Below are positions 12,548 to 25,550 of a stretch of 64,000 nt of DNA, in pieces. A model generated the notes under the pieces. That model was given only the letters and a program-made list of their open reading frames with translations, did no database searches and was not told the DNA's origin. Source of the stretch: Gekko japonicus (Eukaryota); the NCBI RefSeq assembly GCF_001447785.1, contig NW_015162019.1:62001-126000 (forward strand), in the 5' to 3' direction. Position 1 is the first letter of the stretch; each line of letters opens with the position of its first letter. The translations under genes were made by a program, and so were the position numbers.

Positions 12548-13103
12548 CATTGGTCGCCCGATAAATTAGCGAAATGGTATCCAAATATGTCCAAGAACTG
12601 TTGGAAGTGCAAAAATAATGTAGGCACCTTCTACCATATGTGGTGGAGGTGCGCTATGACCCAACGATATTGGCATAAAGTACATAAAATACTGGGCGGT
12701 ATATTAGAAATAGAAATACCATATGCTCCAGAATTCTTCTTGTTAAATGTGATACCAGAGAAATATACAAAGGAGCAAAAATATGTTTTGGGATATATAA
12801 TCACGGCAGCACGTATCTTGTTTGCCAAGAACTGGAAACAAGGGGGAATACCGTCGAAAAAAGAATTAATTTCTAAAATGCAAGAAATGATCGAAATTGA
12901 TAAACTGACCACACTATTACAATACAAAGATACAACGATATTCTTTAATAGGTGGGGAATGTTTTATAAATGGTTAAAGAAAAGTTAAAATACCAAATCT
13001 GATGTTGTGGGACTCTGTAAGTTGTTATATTTGTAAGTAGAACTTGTATACATGATGAAATGTATTCAAAAACTGAATAAATATGACTTAAAAAAAAAAA
13101 AAA
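12548..13103 (+). mobile_element. 5'-truncated L1: ORF2 C-terminal Cys-rich domain, 3' UTR and poly(A)
   Basis: Open frame with CWKC...GTFYHMWWRC...YW and ITAARILFAKNWK, stop at 12988; aataaa and A-tail at 13090-13103. Confidence 0.9.
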
Positions 13104-13227
13104 AGAGTTGGCTGTGACATCAAGGCATAGCGGGGGAGGGAAGACCTCCTCGCCCAATGCATCCCTACCTAGATGTGCTGATGCAACTGCCTCAGGTAAC
13201 CATTCACCACAACGCAACCCTTTGAGG

Positions 13228-13398
13228 AACATAAGAACATAAGAGACGCCAATGTTGGATCAGGTCAAAGGCCCATCCAGTCCAACACACTGTATCACAC
13301 AGTGGCCAGAAATACCAGTGCCATCAGGAGGTCCACCAGTGGGGCCAGGACATTAGAAGCCCTCCCACAGTTGACCCCCCCAAGCACCAAGATGACAG
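13228..13398 (-). mobile_element. CR1 3' UTR fragment
   Basis: (cataagaa)n tail; matches 43475-43650. Confidence 0.85.
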
Positions 13399-14025
13399 GA
13401 AACCGAAAGAGTCCAGCAAGAGAGGCAGGAAATTATACAAGCATCCCTGTGTGGCTACAGAGAATGAATCTGGGAAGGCTGGTGTCACAGAAGTCACTTC
13501 AGCATGCGACTGGATGTGACAAGTGACCGCTCGTAAAGAGGCGGAAGGGGATGAATGTTACCTCCTTTTCAAAGCATGAGATTTTGGACAGATTTTGGAG
13601 TGCAGAGAACTGAGTTAACAGCGCTTTCTTTGTGAACACTAGGCAGCTGTACCTTTACACAGTTCCTCACCTGCCAAAGTCAGATCATGCAAGTGAGACC
13701 ATGGATGCATTTTTCTCTAACCTCGTCTTCTGAACCCAAAGATTCCTGACTGAAAGCCTACCTCGGGGCAGCGGGTTAAAACACTTTCTCACTTCCACAT
13801 CCCCGCCACTCTGCCAGATTTTTATCCGGTGGGCTGTATCCTGCTACACTGAGCTAACGGCGGCACCCTCCTCCAGCACAAGAGGTTCAGAAGAGCCTGT
13901 GCTTCATCTTACAATTGTTCTTAGTGTTCATAGCTGCACAATAATATTTTACTGTGCTTTTATACTGAATTACGGCTATCTGCCTCGAGAGCCGTAGCCG
14001 TGAGCATGGGATAAAGATGGTTTTA

Positions 14026-14250
14026 GAGGAAGTGGAAAGTGCCATCCAGTCGCAGCTGACTTATGGTGACCCCGTAGGGTTTTCAAGGCAAGAGACATTC
14101 AGGGGTGATTTGCTATTGCCATCGCCTGCCTCTGCCGTGCAACCCTGGTATTCCTTGGTGGTCTCCCATCAAAATACTGGCCAGGGCTGACCCTGCTTAG
14201 CTTCCAAGATTGGACGAGATCGGGCTGGCCTGAGCCATCCAGGTCAGAGC
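14026..14250 (-). mobile_element. 5S-Sauria-type SINE, full length
   Basis: 5S-derived head; 13-bp TSD aaagatggtttta (14013-14025, 14251-14263). Confidence 0.9.
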
Positions 14251-15023
14251 AAAGATGGTTTTAAGGCGTCCGTAATTTCAACTCAGGATCTCTTTCACTT
14301 TGGGGCAGAGGAATGGCGTTAACAATGCAAAATGTGTTGTTTTTTTGAAAGGTGGAGAGGTGAAGAGAGGCCTGGCAAAAGTTTACTCATGCTAAATGCC
14401 ATACTGTGCCTTCTTGTGGGTTGATCACGTATGATTCCAACTGAGGTAGGCATACCCAGTGTTCAGCCTCGAAGGCGCCTCTCAACTCAGTAACGGAGCA
14501 AAATGTTCAGGCTGTTCTCCGCCAGCACTGCACCCTGTCCCCCTGCAGCCTCCGCCACTCTCACTCTACTGCAAAATGAGGCACAATTGATTATTCTACA
14601 TGCTTTGTGTTCTGCTGGGACAATCCAATATTTTCCCAGCTAGATTTTTATCAAAGCGGAGGGCTGAGCCACCATGCTCATTTCTCACTGGCTGTCCGGC
14701 CCTGGAGACTGTTTTGCCAACTAGTGTTGGGCCCATGGGCACTGGTGCCCCAGAAAACGCATGAGATGAACTGCACAGAGTGAAAAAAAAAGGAGTTGTC
14801 AGTCTGTTGAAGACAACACAACGGAGCATCCTGCGGCAAATCAAAGGCTTAACAAATTCAGTGTGGCAGAAAATCGTGTGGCACACTGAGTGAGAGGTGT
14901 GATGGGCAAGCCCATCATTGTTTATTCAAAACTTTTGTACCATGCTTTTGATCCAATATAGGCAGGTTGCCTCTAAAACAAACAAAAAACAGGAGATGGA
15001 CCAGATGGCAACCTCCAGCTAGC

Positions 15024-15597
15024 ACCCAAGAACAGAGGGGCAAAACCCTCCAAAAGAAGTTCAGAAAACTAGTAAAGGGCCAAAAGTTAAAAACATCAAT
15101 AGGTATAGACAAAAGTACATGTGTTTATTTAAAAAAAACATTAAAAAGCCTTGTAGGGGCCCAAATAAAGCCTCATAAAGTAATCAAAGTGACAAATGCA
15201 CAAAGAACCATATATGACCTGATGCGTTTCGGCCTACAAGAGCCTTCTTCAGAAGTCAAATAGTACAGAATGCAGCATACAACAAAGCCCTTGTTACACT
15301 TGTAAGGCAGTAAACAATTGATATAGGACCAAAAATGGAATGTTCCTGTCTGGAATTGAATGACACACACACAAAAAATTTGCGGGGCCATAAATGGATC
15401 TGGCCTTGTGTCAGAAGCAATTATATATATTAGAGATAGTAATATTTCCAATATATGTACCTTCCAGTTTCGGTCCTAAGAGTACAAGTAAAATCGCCTT
15501 ATCGGGGCCAATGTACATCATGGGCCAAAATGCCTCAGGTCATACATGGTTCTTTGTGCATTTGTCACTTTGATTACTTTATGAGGCTTTATTTGAG
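15024..15597 (-). mobile_element. Penelope-type insertion with inverted pseudo-LTR
   Basis: About 76-bp inverted repeat (15159-15234 vs 15523-15598); 12-bp TSD cctccagctagc (15012-15023, 15598-15609); hammerhead motif. Confidence 0.8.
15215..15258 (-). ncRNA. Minimal type I hammerhead ribozyme motif
   Basis: Minus strand UGACUU-CUGAAGA-AGGCU-CUUGU-AGGCC-GAAA-CGCAUC-AGGUCA; helix I UGACUU/AGGUCA and helix II can pair. Confidence 0.7.
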
Positions 15598-17001
15598 CCT
15601 CCAGCTAGCCATGCCACAGTAACCCCATCCTCTTTCCAGAGCCACAGCAACAAACACAAACAATGGTGTTCCCTTGACGAACTGCCACTGCCCATGGGGT
15701 CCATAGGGCAGCTTACAACAAGCAGTCTGTGTGAGCCAACAACTGAGGGCAGCCCCTAAAGTGGGGTCTCTGGGCCACTCTAAATGGGTTGTGTCTTTAA
15801 GATCCTACAAAACTCTCTGTTTGACAAGCAGGATGGGCAAGGCTGAGTAAAGCCCGACAGCCTTTCCTTTGCTACTGGGCATCTGCAGCCAGGCTTCACG
15901 CATCCGAGGATCGGGTGGGGGGACCCCAGATGCGAAGGAGGGCAGATAACAGGAACTGATCATGGTCACATGGGATGCAATGCACGTGTGTAGAATCAAA
16001 AGCTCTCTTGTTTGTGGCCAGGATAGACCTACTCAGCCCCATGCAGGACCACCCGGGGCACGAAACCCATTCCAGGAACATCGCTTGCCATTTCGAAAGA
16101 GCTTCTCTCGTCACTCTCTGAGTGAACAAGTGCCTGCTCTGACCTTCTTCCCAAGTCGCTCATCACATGAGGCCATCAAAGTGACCACTCGCCCTTTGTA
16201 AGACAAAGGGGCGCAGAGGACAAAAGCCACGGGTGCACGGAAGGCAGCCTTGTGACCCTTCCTGCCCACCCTCCTTTATGTGTGGCGCTCTTGTCTGTGT
16301 CTAATTTTGGGGTGAGGAGTGGGAGGCAAACAACCCACAAACAGCTCAAAATAGGACGGCCACAGAGCCCAGAGTTGTGTCCCCACCCCGCCCTGCTTCA
16401 TTCAGCTGCCCACGAGACCAGCATTGCAATCTGGAGGACGGGGTGACTGCTCTGCACTTGTCATGGCCATCAAAAACAATTATCCAGCAAAACACACTTT
16501 AAAAAAAAAATCACTTTCTATTCCCCCCCACGTGACCTCGTGGGGCCCTGTGCCAAGCTGTTTTCTCATTAGCCTTTTCCGTAAAAGCCGATGACTCCAA
16601 CATCATGTGGTGATTCGCAAGTTGGGAGCAAAGCCCACACTGGGCTGTGGGCGGGCGGGTGGGGAGGGGGGAGACAGAAGAGAAAGAGGGAGATTTCTGC
16701 CATCCTTTGTGTCTGGAGAACAGACAGGAAGAGCAGTCACGCTGGCCTGGCTGGGGTTCAAAGCCTTGAGCTAAGAGATTGCAGACGCTGAAACAATGTC
16801 AAGATGGGAAGGAGGAAGCAGACGCTAAATAAGGAAACACTTGTGCAAGGGGGGACAGGAGGAGAGAAAGTGAGAAAAGGTGAGCCATCAGCTCTCTAAT
16901 GGACTCACCGAACTCACGGAGAAGCCATGGGGGCCTTAAGTAAGTGGCCGCAATTATTTCCAGGGGATCCTACATATGCCCTTTCACTTATAAACCTTAC
17001 G

Positions 17002-17085
17002 NNNNNNNNNNNNNNNNNNNNNNNNNNNNNNNNNNNNNNNNNNNNNNNNNNNNNNNNNNNNNNNNNNNNNNNNNNNNNNNNNNNN
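17002..17085. other. Assembly gap (84 N)
   Basis: Run of n. Confidence 1.
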
Positions 17086-17744
17086 TACAAAGGCTTGATG
17101 ACGACCTCATACTTAAAGCCAAAACAGAGCAAACGAAGTGAGGGATTAATCAGGAGCACCTGAAAATAAAACAAGTCTTTGCTGGGCACCCGAAGGCATG
17201 ATAGCCTAATGGAGAGGGATCTGTCTTGATAATGCTCGCCATGCCTACCCAGCTGAGAAGAGGGGAAGAGAATTTCCAGCTTCATCCACTGTATTCATTC
17301 CACTCTTCAAAGCGGCTGACAGAAAGGCTCTGGAACATGGGACGTGATGATGACAACATGGAATGCTCTTGAGCTGGTACAGAGTGCTCCCCCCACACAC
17401 ACACACGCAACTAAGCAATTCAGATCTGAGAATGGAAGGGTAAGGCAGGCTTCCAGGGCAGGCCAAGGTGCCCCTTCTTTTTTAAACCAGTCATGGGTAA
17501 GCAGAAAAACCAAATTATTATCACGTTGTGAAAAATAACGTTTCCCCCCAGATACAATGGGGAAAAAAGACAGAAAGACAGGGAAATACAAAAGAAAAGT
17601 TACAGGAAATCAGCCTCTTAACATATACATACCTTTCTTTCCACTGTTCTTGGGATAGTCCTGAAAGAAAAAGGAAGGAAGGGAAGATTACTTTCTGTCT
17701 GGAAGGAATACCCTCACATAGGACATGCCCAACACCAAGAAAGC

Positions 17745-17930
17745 TGGCAGTGGATAGAGTGTCAGACAAGGATCCTGGGATACCTGGGTTCAAATCGCCA
17801 CTCTGCTCATGGAAGCATGCTGGGTGACCCTGGGCGGCCAGTCAAATGTGCTTATCCGAACCTCCCTCACAGGGTTGTTGTGAGAAAACAGAGTTGCTTT
17901 GGGTTTCCATTGGGGAGAAAATGCAGAACA
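17745..17930 (+). mobile_element. Squam3-type SINE, degenerate
   Basis: gggttcaaatcgccactctgc, gctgggtgaccctgggc, ctcacagggttgttgtgag. Confidence 0.75.
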
Positions 17931-19589
17931 TTCAAAAGCATGTAATCCTCACAGTGGAAGAGCTGGGGGATAAAAACCCTGCCAGGCAGCAGCCAGTTCT
18001 GGCAATTGCACCAAGGGTGATGCTAGGACCAGGCTTGTCAAAAACAGAGGGTCCAGTTGCAGGCTTCTGAAGAGACTCTTGGTTCTGCAATGCACTTAAA
18101 AGCCAGAAGCTCCCAAATCCTTTTCTTCTCAACAGGGAAAAAAGTGAGAAGAGCTCATCTGTAGAAAGGAACTGAACTCTCCCGCTAGGATACTGACAGG
18201 AGCTCTCAACTAAGCAAGTTACCCTGTGGCCTCTCCACCAGTGGGCACACACACTTTCACAAAGCTGCAGGAATTAGGTAAAACCCAAAAGGAGACTTGC
18301 AACACCTGGAAACAAAACCAATTCCCATTAATTCTGTTAGCCCTTAAAGTGCCTTTTTGATTGAGTGGAAGGGCCGTGCAGGTTCCGCTCTTCTCTCTCT
18401 TCCAGAAGTAGAAGCCACTTTGGGGGACCACAGTTCAACCAGGGATACAAATGCAACCACGACTGTCCAACAGCACAGCCTGGCATTAGGCACCCCAGAT
18501 GCCAAGAAGAGGCAAGGAACTCTTCTGGTTCCATCACAGAGTTTGAACTGCTCCTGCTCCTTCCCCTGAAAGGCAAACTCATCTTCCCTACAAAACTGCT
18601 GAATAGAAATATTATTAAAACTAATAAGCAAGAATGAGAATCAGGAAGCTCCTGGTTTGAAATTCGCCTTTTGCCTTTGACGAGCCACTATTTTTCAGCA
18701 TCCATCTGCAATGCAGGGATGTTTGTAACAACCTACCGGCCAGGGCTGTTGTAAAGGTTATGACGGGATGTTGTATATGAAGTGCTCTGAATACTGAATG
18801 CATTTTTCTGAGAACTGTTCTTAGCATTTAATCTGACTATAGTCTTCCTATAAACAACCCTGGAGGTAGACAAAAACTGTGACTGCCACATTAAAAAACT
18901 GAGAAACAATGGGGATGGATGGATGGATGGACCACTGAAAATATCTCAAAATGCAGAACATCAGCTTTCAAATCCTGAGGACTCTTCATCACACCGTATA
19001 TTTAATCCATCCAAAAAGTGGGGGTGGGGGGAGAAGGCATGTTTAGGGCATGTTTGCAGAGCTCCTGCAATCTGTAGCTTTCTTAAAATGAGAGACTGGG
19101 AGGTTTCTTCTGTTTCCAAAAGACAGAAAAAGGCTAGTCCCTTTCTTGTTCCATCCCAGGAGCCTCCAGGGCCCTTTGAAATCTGATTTGCAATCAGCAC
19201 CATGACAACTGGTTAGATCTGCCAGACCTTCTGGTCTCCATTTTGAGGAAACTACAAAGCATAGCTTTGGGGGCTTCACCAACATGCCTGGGACACACAC
19301 ACACACAGCCCCCCCCCCCTTTTGGTACTTCTCATCCAGCCTGACAAAGGGTTTTGGGGCAACTCAAAAGCTTGCAGTTACTGTTAAGGGCCAACTAAAA
19401 CAGCACGAAATAGTAAGCTATTATATTACCATCTCTATGGTTGGAAGAGTATGTGGGGTGGGTGGGACTGAAGCTTAAAGAGAGAGGGTTTGCCTAAGGA
19501 TACCTGACCAAGGCAGCAGCCAGACTTTTCTCTTTTAGTCCCTTAGGTCAAATTGCTTATCTTAGGAATAGCATTAATTCTACTAGTTT

Positions 19590-22300
19590 TATTTATTAAA
19601 CCACTTCACATCTTGTTTTAATCCTTGCAACAGAGCTCCAAGATAGTGAGAGGTTCGCTGAACTCCCAACTTACTTTAAAAAAGTCTTTCACTGTGGAGA
19701 TATAAGGGGAAAGGCACGTCTCTGCAATGAAAGTCACAATGGAGAAAGCATGTGTATGGGCACAATTGCTGAATTTGCCCATTTGCAGGTTCACACCTGC
19801 AGAAGCCCCTGCTGACATGGGTGAAGCAACTGTGGTGGAGCATAGGGTGGTCCCGCAGATAAGAGAGTCCACAGCCATGAAAGGCTTTGTATGTGACAGC
19901 CAATACCTTAACTTGAGCTCGGTAACAAACAGGAAGCCAACAGAGTTGTCTGTAGAATGGGAGTGATATGTATGCTCCATCTAACTTCTGATAATAGCCA
20001 AGCAGCGGCATTCTGAACCAGTTGCAGTTTCTGAATCAGTTTTGAGGGCAGACCCATGTACAGTGCATTACAGTAGCCTAGTCTCAATGTTACTGTGGCC
20101 ATAGATCAGCCATATCAAGACAAGGGGCCACCTTACAGGCTGAGCTGAGTTGGTAGAAAGCCTTTTTTGCAGCCACATTAACTTGCATCTCCAATAATAA
20201 CGTTGGCTCCAGTATAACCTCAAGAGTTTTAACTGTCACCAAGGGTCAGCTGAACTCCACTAAAAGTGGGGAGAACAATGCCCATCAAGAGCTTGACCTC
20301 CCCAACCAGCATTACCTTTCCTTTTCAGGGTTTAGCTTCAGCTTGTTCACTTTTAGCCAATTAACCACAGCAGCCAAGCAGTGATTCAGGATCTTTTATT
20401 ACATCACTGGGAGATTTAGATAAGGATAGATAGAGTTGGGTATTGTCAGCATACTGATGACTGACAACCAACTCCAAAACGACAAATTATTCGTCCTAAG
20501 GGCTTTATATAGACATTGAAAAGCACGGGGGATAAAACGGCGCCCTGCGGAACCCCACAAGATAGGTCCCACACTGACGGCAACTGGTTTCCAATAGCAA
20601 CCCTTTGAGTCTGATCCAAAAGGAATGATTTGAACCAGTTCACCGCACATCTCTTGATGCGTACTTCTGCCCCCAGGCACCTCAACAAGACAGCATATGA
20701 TCTACTGTATTAAAGGCTACAGATAAATCCAATAAGAGCAATAGAGAGGCATAGCCTTTGTCTACATTCAGACAGGGGCCATCGACCAAAGCTAGCGGAG
20801 CCATCTCCGATCCACAGCCTGGCCTGAAGCCAGACTGGAAAGGGTCCAGAGCAGTTATGTTATCCAAGAAGACGTGGAATTGGTCCGCTACTGCTCTCTC
20901 CGTCACTTTGCCCAGAAAGGGTAGGTTAGAGACTGGGCGATAATAATTGGCCACATCATTTTTCTGTAGGGATGTTTTTTTAAGTAGTGGGCGGATAACT
21001 GCCACTTTGATTAGGCAATGAAGGTGCCCTGGGTTAATGACTGATTTATAACAGATACTAAAGGTTTGTTGATGTGGTCCTTACATGATTTTAGAAGCCA
21101 GGATGGGCAAGGATCCACAGATCCCAGGATCTTGTCGACATCCATCATGGAATCTGGGTCAAAACGATCCATAAATAGACAAGGCGTTGTATTAGGCCTT
21201 TCTTCCAGTGTACCCTGTGTTACAACTGACATCCATATCAGAGCATATCCTTGATATTTTATCAGCAAGAAACTTGGCAAAAATATCACAGCTCATTATA
21301 AAAGCTCAGATTTAGGCAGCAGTGGATGCTGAGCTATCTTGAACAACTGGGATGGACGTGGACTCGCTGATGCTATAATAGTAGGAAAGTAACCTTTCTT
21401 TGCCACCATCATGATAACTTTGTATGTCTTACAATGAGTCTACAGCATAATCAGTCAGACTCCATGCAATTTCCTCACCGGCACTGTTCGAGACATCTCC
21501 CAACCCCTCTCACCTTACCAAGCCGAGTGGCTAACCAGGGAGCTGGATTTCACCAAGCTTCAAGGAGCTTCGCCTTCCATGCTTCCGCTGTGGACTCAAC
21601 AGAACACATGCCTGGAATCCTAAAATCCCCCAGAGCATTCTGAAATCCAGTAGGATTCATGAGCCTCCAAGGGCAGATCATTCTAACCGCCCCGCCCCCC
21701 ATGCAGGGTGTTGGAGCCACATTTACCTTGGCTTTCAGCAGGTAGTGGTAAGACCATGGCTCAGGGCAAATCTCCAGCCCTGAAACCAAACCTTCCCTCA
21801 AAGACTCAGTGCAAAAGATTAAGACCAGGGTGTGACCTCTTTCACATGTTCAGCCAGTCATGATTTGGGAGAGACCCAAGGCAGTCAAAGAAGCTATAAA
21901 ATCCTGGGCTGGTCCTAGCGAGGTTTTGTCAGCATAAATGTTGAAGTCTCCCAGGACGATCAGTCTAGCAGTCTCCAGCACCACATCCGACAGTACCTCT
22001 GCCAACTCATAGAGGCTGCCCACTCAGGAACTAGGTGGCCAGTAGACAAGACGGATGCCTAATCTATCCTTAGTTCCTAATGCAAGGAGAATACAGTCAA
22101 AGCAAGTGATAATTTGCACTGGAAGTCTGCAGAAGTTGAAAGACTCCTGGTGGATAATAGCCATGCCTCCCCTCTGGCCAGCTGAGCAGAGATGGTGGAG
22201 GACCATGTAACCAGGCAGTGTTAGTTGGGACACACATGCAAGCCTGCCCCCCTGAGGAAAACACCTTAGTAATTACAGGGACTGAGGCTGAAAGAGGGGG
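19590..22300 (-). mobile_element. L2 LINE, decayed ORF2 (APE + RT) to 3' tail
   Basis: PLLKK...RPVSNLPFLGKV...LDPFQSGFRPG...LLLLLDLSVAFNTVDH; GVPQGAVLSPVLFNVY; RLGYCNALYMGLP...KLQLVQNAAA; APE-like RGGMAII; many frameshifts. Confidence 0.93.
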
Positions 22301-23914
22301 GGTGCCTCAGCCTCAAGGAAGAGGTGACATTCAAACCCAGGACTTGCTGATTTGTAACTCAGTCTCTGCGCTCCTGTGTCACATGGTCCGTGCTCTCCTG
22401 CTCTCATTTTTGACTCAGGGGCGGGTGTGGTCAACCTGCCAAAACACTCCAGCAAGGAAATAACACCGTGCAAGTGAGGAGATCTGGACAAAGGCAATCA
22501 TGCAATAATGCCTAGGTAGAAAGAGACCGGGTGGGATGCAAAGCCCCAGCCAGCCCCGCCTGAGCAGCATTTCGGGACATTTTCCGGGACATTTTTTGCA
22601 TGGCTAGCATTCCTTTCCCTGGCTGTCATCAGCCTCTCGCATTCCTCTGTCTGCAGAGCTTTACAACACAAAGGAGACAGAGAGAGAGAGAATGAATCAC
22701 GTTTGTTTAGCCACATGGGAAGTGCGGAAGTGAGCCCGGCCACTGGCCTTGTATGGCATTCATGGAGCAGGGGAGTGGCTCTGCGGGATGCTTCTGTCAG
22801 ACCTCAAGCGCCCTCAGGAGTCAAAGCACCACACTCTTTGAGTAAAAACACTCCTGCGAAGCTGGAACAACTCCCCCCCCCCAACCTAGCTAAAGAACCG
22901 CTGCTGCATCTCACCCTGATGCTGGAGAAAACGTCATTCAGGGTGCTTTCTGACACTGTTCTGATAAGTTAGTTATGTTGGATCCTAGAGGGCACCTGCA
23001 CCCAACCAAGGAGCTTCCTGGCATGGAGCAGGAACCTCTTGAGCTCTTGTGGTGCACCACCTCACACAAGCTCCTATATGCAGCTGGGGGGAAAGGACAG
23101 ATGGTGACCTTGCACGAACTCGAGGCAGAATTCTGGGTGCCCCTAAACTTTCTGAGCCTGTGGGCACGTCCACTGACACCCTCCCCCCATTATGACTAAG
23201 TTGGAAGCAGTGAGGCATGATTCTCCCACCCCACCCCACCCCTTTTAGAGGCAGAAGTGCCAATGGGTCTCAAAGGCGGGTGGCAAAATTGGGGCTCTCC
23301 TCTTTCCAGCACTCCCCCCCCCTTCCAAGAAACAGTCCCAAGGAGGCAGCAGCAGCAGCGTGCACAGCAAAGGTATGGTGCTTCCTCCACTGCCGCCAGT
23401 AACCAGACTGGTCCAGCCTCTTCCAAATATGCGAGCCCCAGATGTCAGCCCTGACCAGACCCAACGGCACAAAGGCCCTCTGTGACAGAGTTTCTCCAAA
23501 AGAAGAAAAAATCTAGGCAACACCCCTGGCATGCACGTTTGGTAGGAACGGTCAACGGCAACTGAATTCGAGCATATCCGAGACTCATTTACGGCAGTTC
23601 TGCAATGGGGACCCAAACCTAAGACATGCCACTTCCCCATGCGGGGAACTGCTTTGCATATCAGAATCAAACCCACTGTCCATCAAGGCCACTATGACTG
23701 TCAGAGATCCTGAAGCCCTGCTGCCAGATATCTTCCCTTTCACTTGGGACTCTCTGAAGCCTTTGGTGTGCAAAGCATGTGCTCTTCTCCTGAGCTGCTG
23801 CAGGAGTTGCACACTGCATTTCTGGAGATGTGCCCTCTCCCCCACCTTTTCATGAGAGGCATGGTTACCGGTACAAAGCAGCTGTCAGTTACCAAACAGC
23901 CAGGCAGGGAGGGG

Positions 23915-24123
23915 GAAAGCTCTGCCAATTCACAGCCGATGTATGGCAGCCCCTAAGGTTTTCAAGGCAAGAGACGAACAGAGGTGGTTTGCCATTGCCT
24001 GGCTCTGTGTAGGGATCCTGGACTTCCTTGGTGGTCACCCAGCCAAGTACTAAACAGGGCCAACCCTGCTCAGCTTCCAAGATCTGATGAGATCATGCTA
24101 GGCTGGGCCATCTGGGTCAGGGG
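23915..24123 (-). mobile_element. 5S-Sauria-type SINE
   Basis: Matches 14026-14250. Confidence 0.85.
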
Positions 24124-24134
24124 AGAAGATAGTC

Positions 24135-24450
24135 TACTATTATTATTATTATTTGAATTCCATCATCATTATTACTTAAACATATTACACAATACAGAAC
24201 TCATAACAATATTAATTCCTTATCACCACAAATACCTATGCGTAAATTGCAAGAACCTTTAAACATCTCAAATATGAACAACTATATTGGTTAAAAAAAA
24301 ACCCCATATCCAGTGATATCGCATATTAAGGACCCTGCAACTTCTGAACCTCAAGGCAATGCAAAAAGATATGATAAAAATCTGTACAACCAGACCGACA
24401 CCTCTAATGTGCATCCAAAGGTGCATTATATATCCCAGCTGAACAACACT
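24135..24450 (-). mobile_element. Probable old L1 3' fragment
   Basis: Minus frame RCRSGCTDFYHIFLHCLEVQK resembles the L1 CCHC region; (TAA)n tail. Confidence 0.45.
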
Positions 24451-25219
24451 GTTTAAAAAAAAAAAATGCTTGACAGTTTACGAAAAGTAGCTTTTGGGGT
24501 AATGTTTCCCAAACCCACCTCCATTCATTTAATTAACTACAATATTTGTTTTTGCATTTTATCATTTTATTTCTTAGGCAGGGTACAAACTGAAAGGGTC
24601 TCCCCCCCCCCGCCCCCCTTTAAACACTGGAAAAACAAAAGGGAATTTGGATAACCGGCCACCCTGGGAAATCCACCTGGAATGGAAAAAATACAGAATG
24701 CCTGGAGGGTGGGCTGGTGGTGGAGCCAAATCATCTTGGCTGGGTGTTTTATCACTCTGGAGAGCAAGGAAGAAAAACACACAGGAATTCCAGAGCTCAC
24801 AATGGGCAACAAACACGAGAAGGGAAGGGCAGGACTCAGCCCATGGGACGTTGCTCTGAAACGTTCCCCGCAAGTGACTCTTTATCAGAATTCTGCGTCA
24901 CCTGCGATCACGGCTTCCCAAGAATGCAGCACCCCCAGGACAAGCCAACTTCCTGCACTCAGGCAGCAAACCTAAGCAAGTCTCCTGAGAAGACAGACCT
25001 GTTTTATTTGAGGGGGCCCGCTCCCAGGAAAGCGTCCTTAGGACTGCAGCCTCAGCTACCCTTTTCGCCAAGCGCCACGAGGAGAAAAGGATCTGATCAT
25101 CTACCCTAAAGGGCTTTGGATCAAATTCAGCAGCATAGCTTGTTGCGAAAGAAACCGCTACTGATCTGCTCTTTTACTGATTTTGCTGCTGCAACCTGCT
25201 TTCTCATTCAGTCTCACCC

Positions 25220-25550
25220 AAACTGCCTGCTAGGATCAGACAAAAAGGTCAGAGCCCAGCATCCTGTTTCCAACAGAGGTCAGCCAGATGTTCCTGAGAA
25301 TCTTACAAGCAGGGCATGGTAGGCGACAGTTAACCTTGCTTTTTGTCCCCCCCCCCCAAGCAACTTGCATTCAGAGGTAGACTGCCTTCCAACATGGAGG
25401 CTCACTTCTGCCATCATGACTAACAGCTCTCCTCCATGGATTTGTCCGTTCCCCTTTTATAGCCTTCTAAGCTTATGGCCATCCCCACATCCTATGGCAA
25501 TGAGTTCTGCATGTTAAATTATGCACTGCGTGACACAGGCCTTTCTTCAA
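25220..25550 (-). mobile_element. Degenerate CR1 3' end
   Basis: agcatcctgtttccaaca, ctcctccatggatttgtc, ggccatccccacatcctatggcaatgagtt. Confidence 0.75.
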
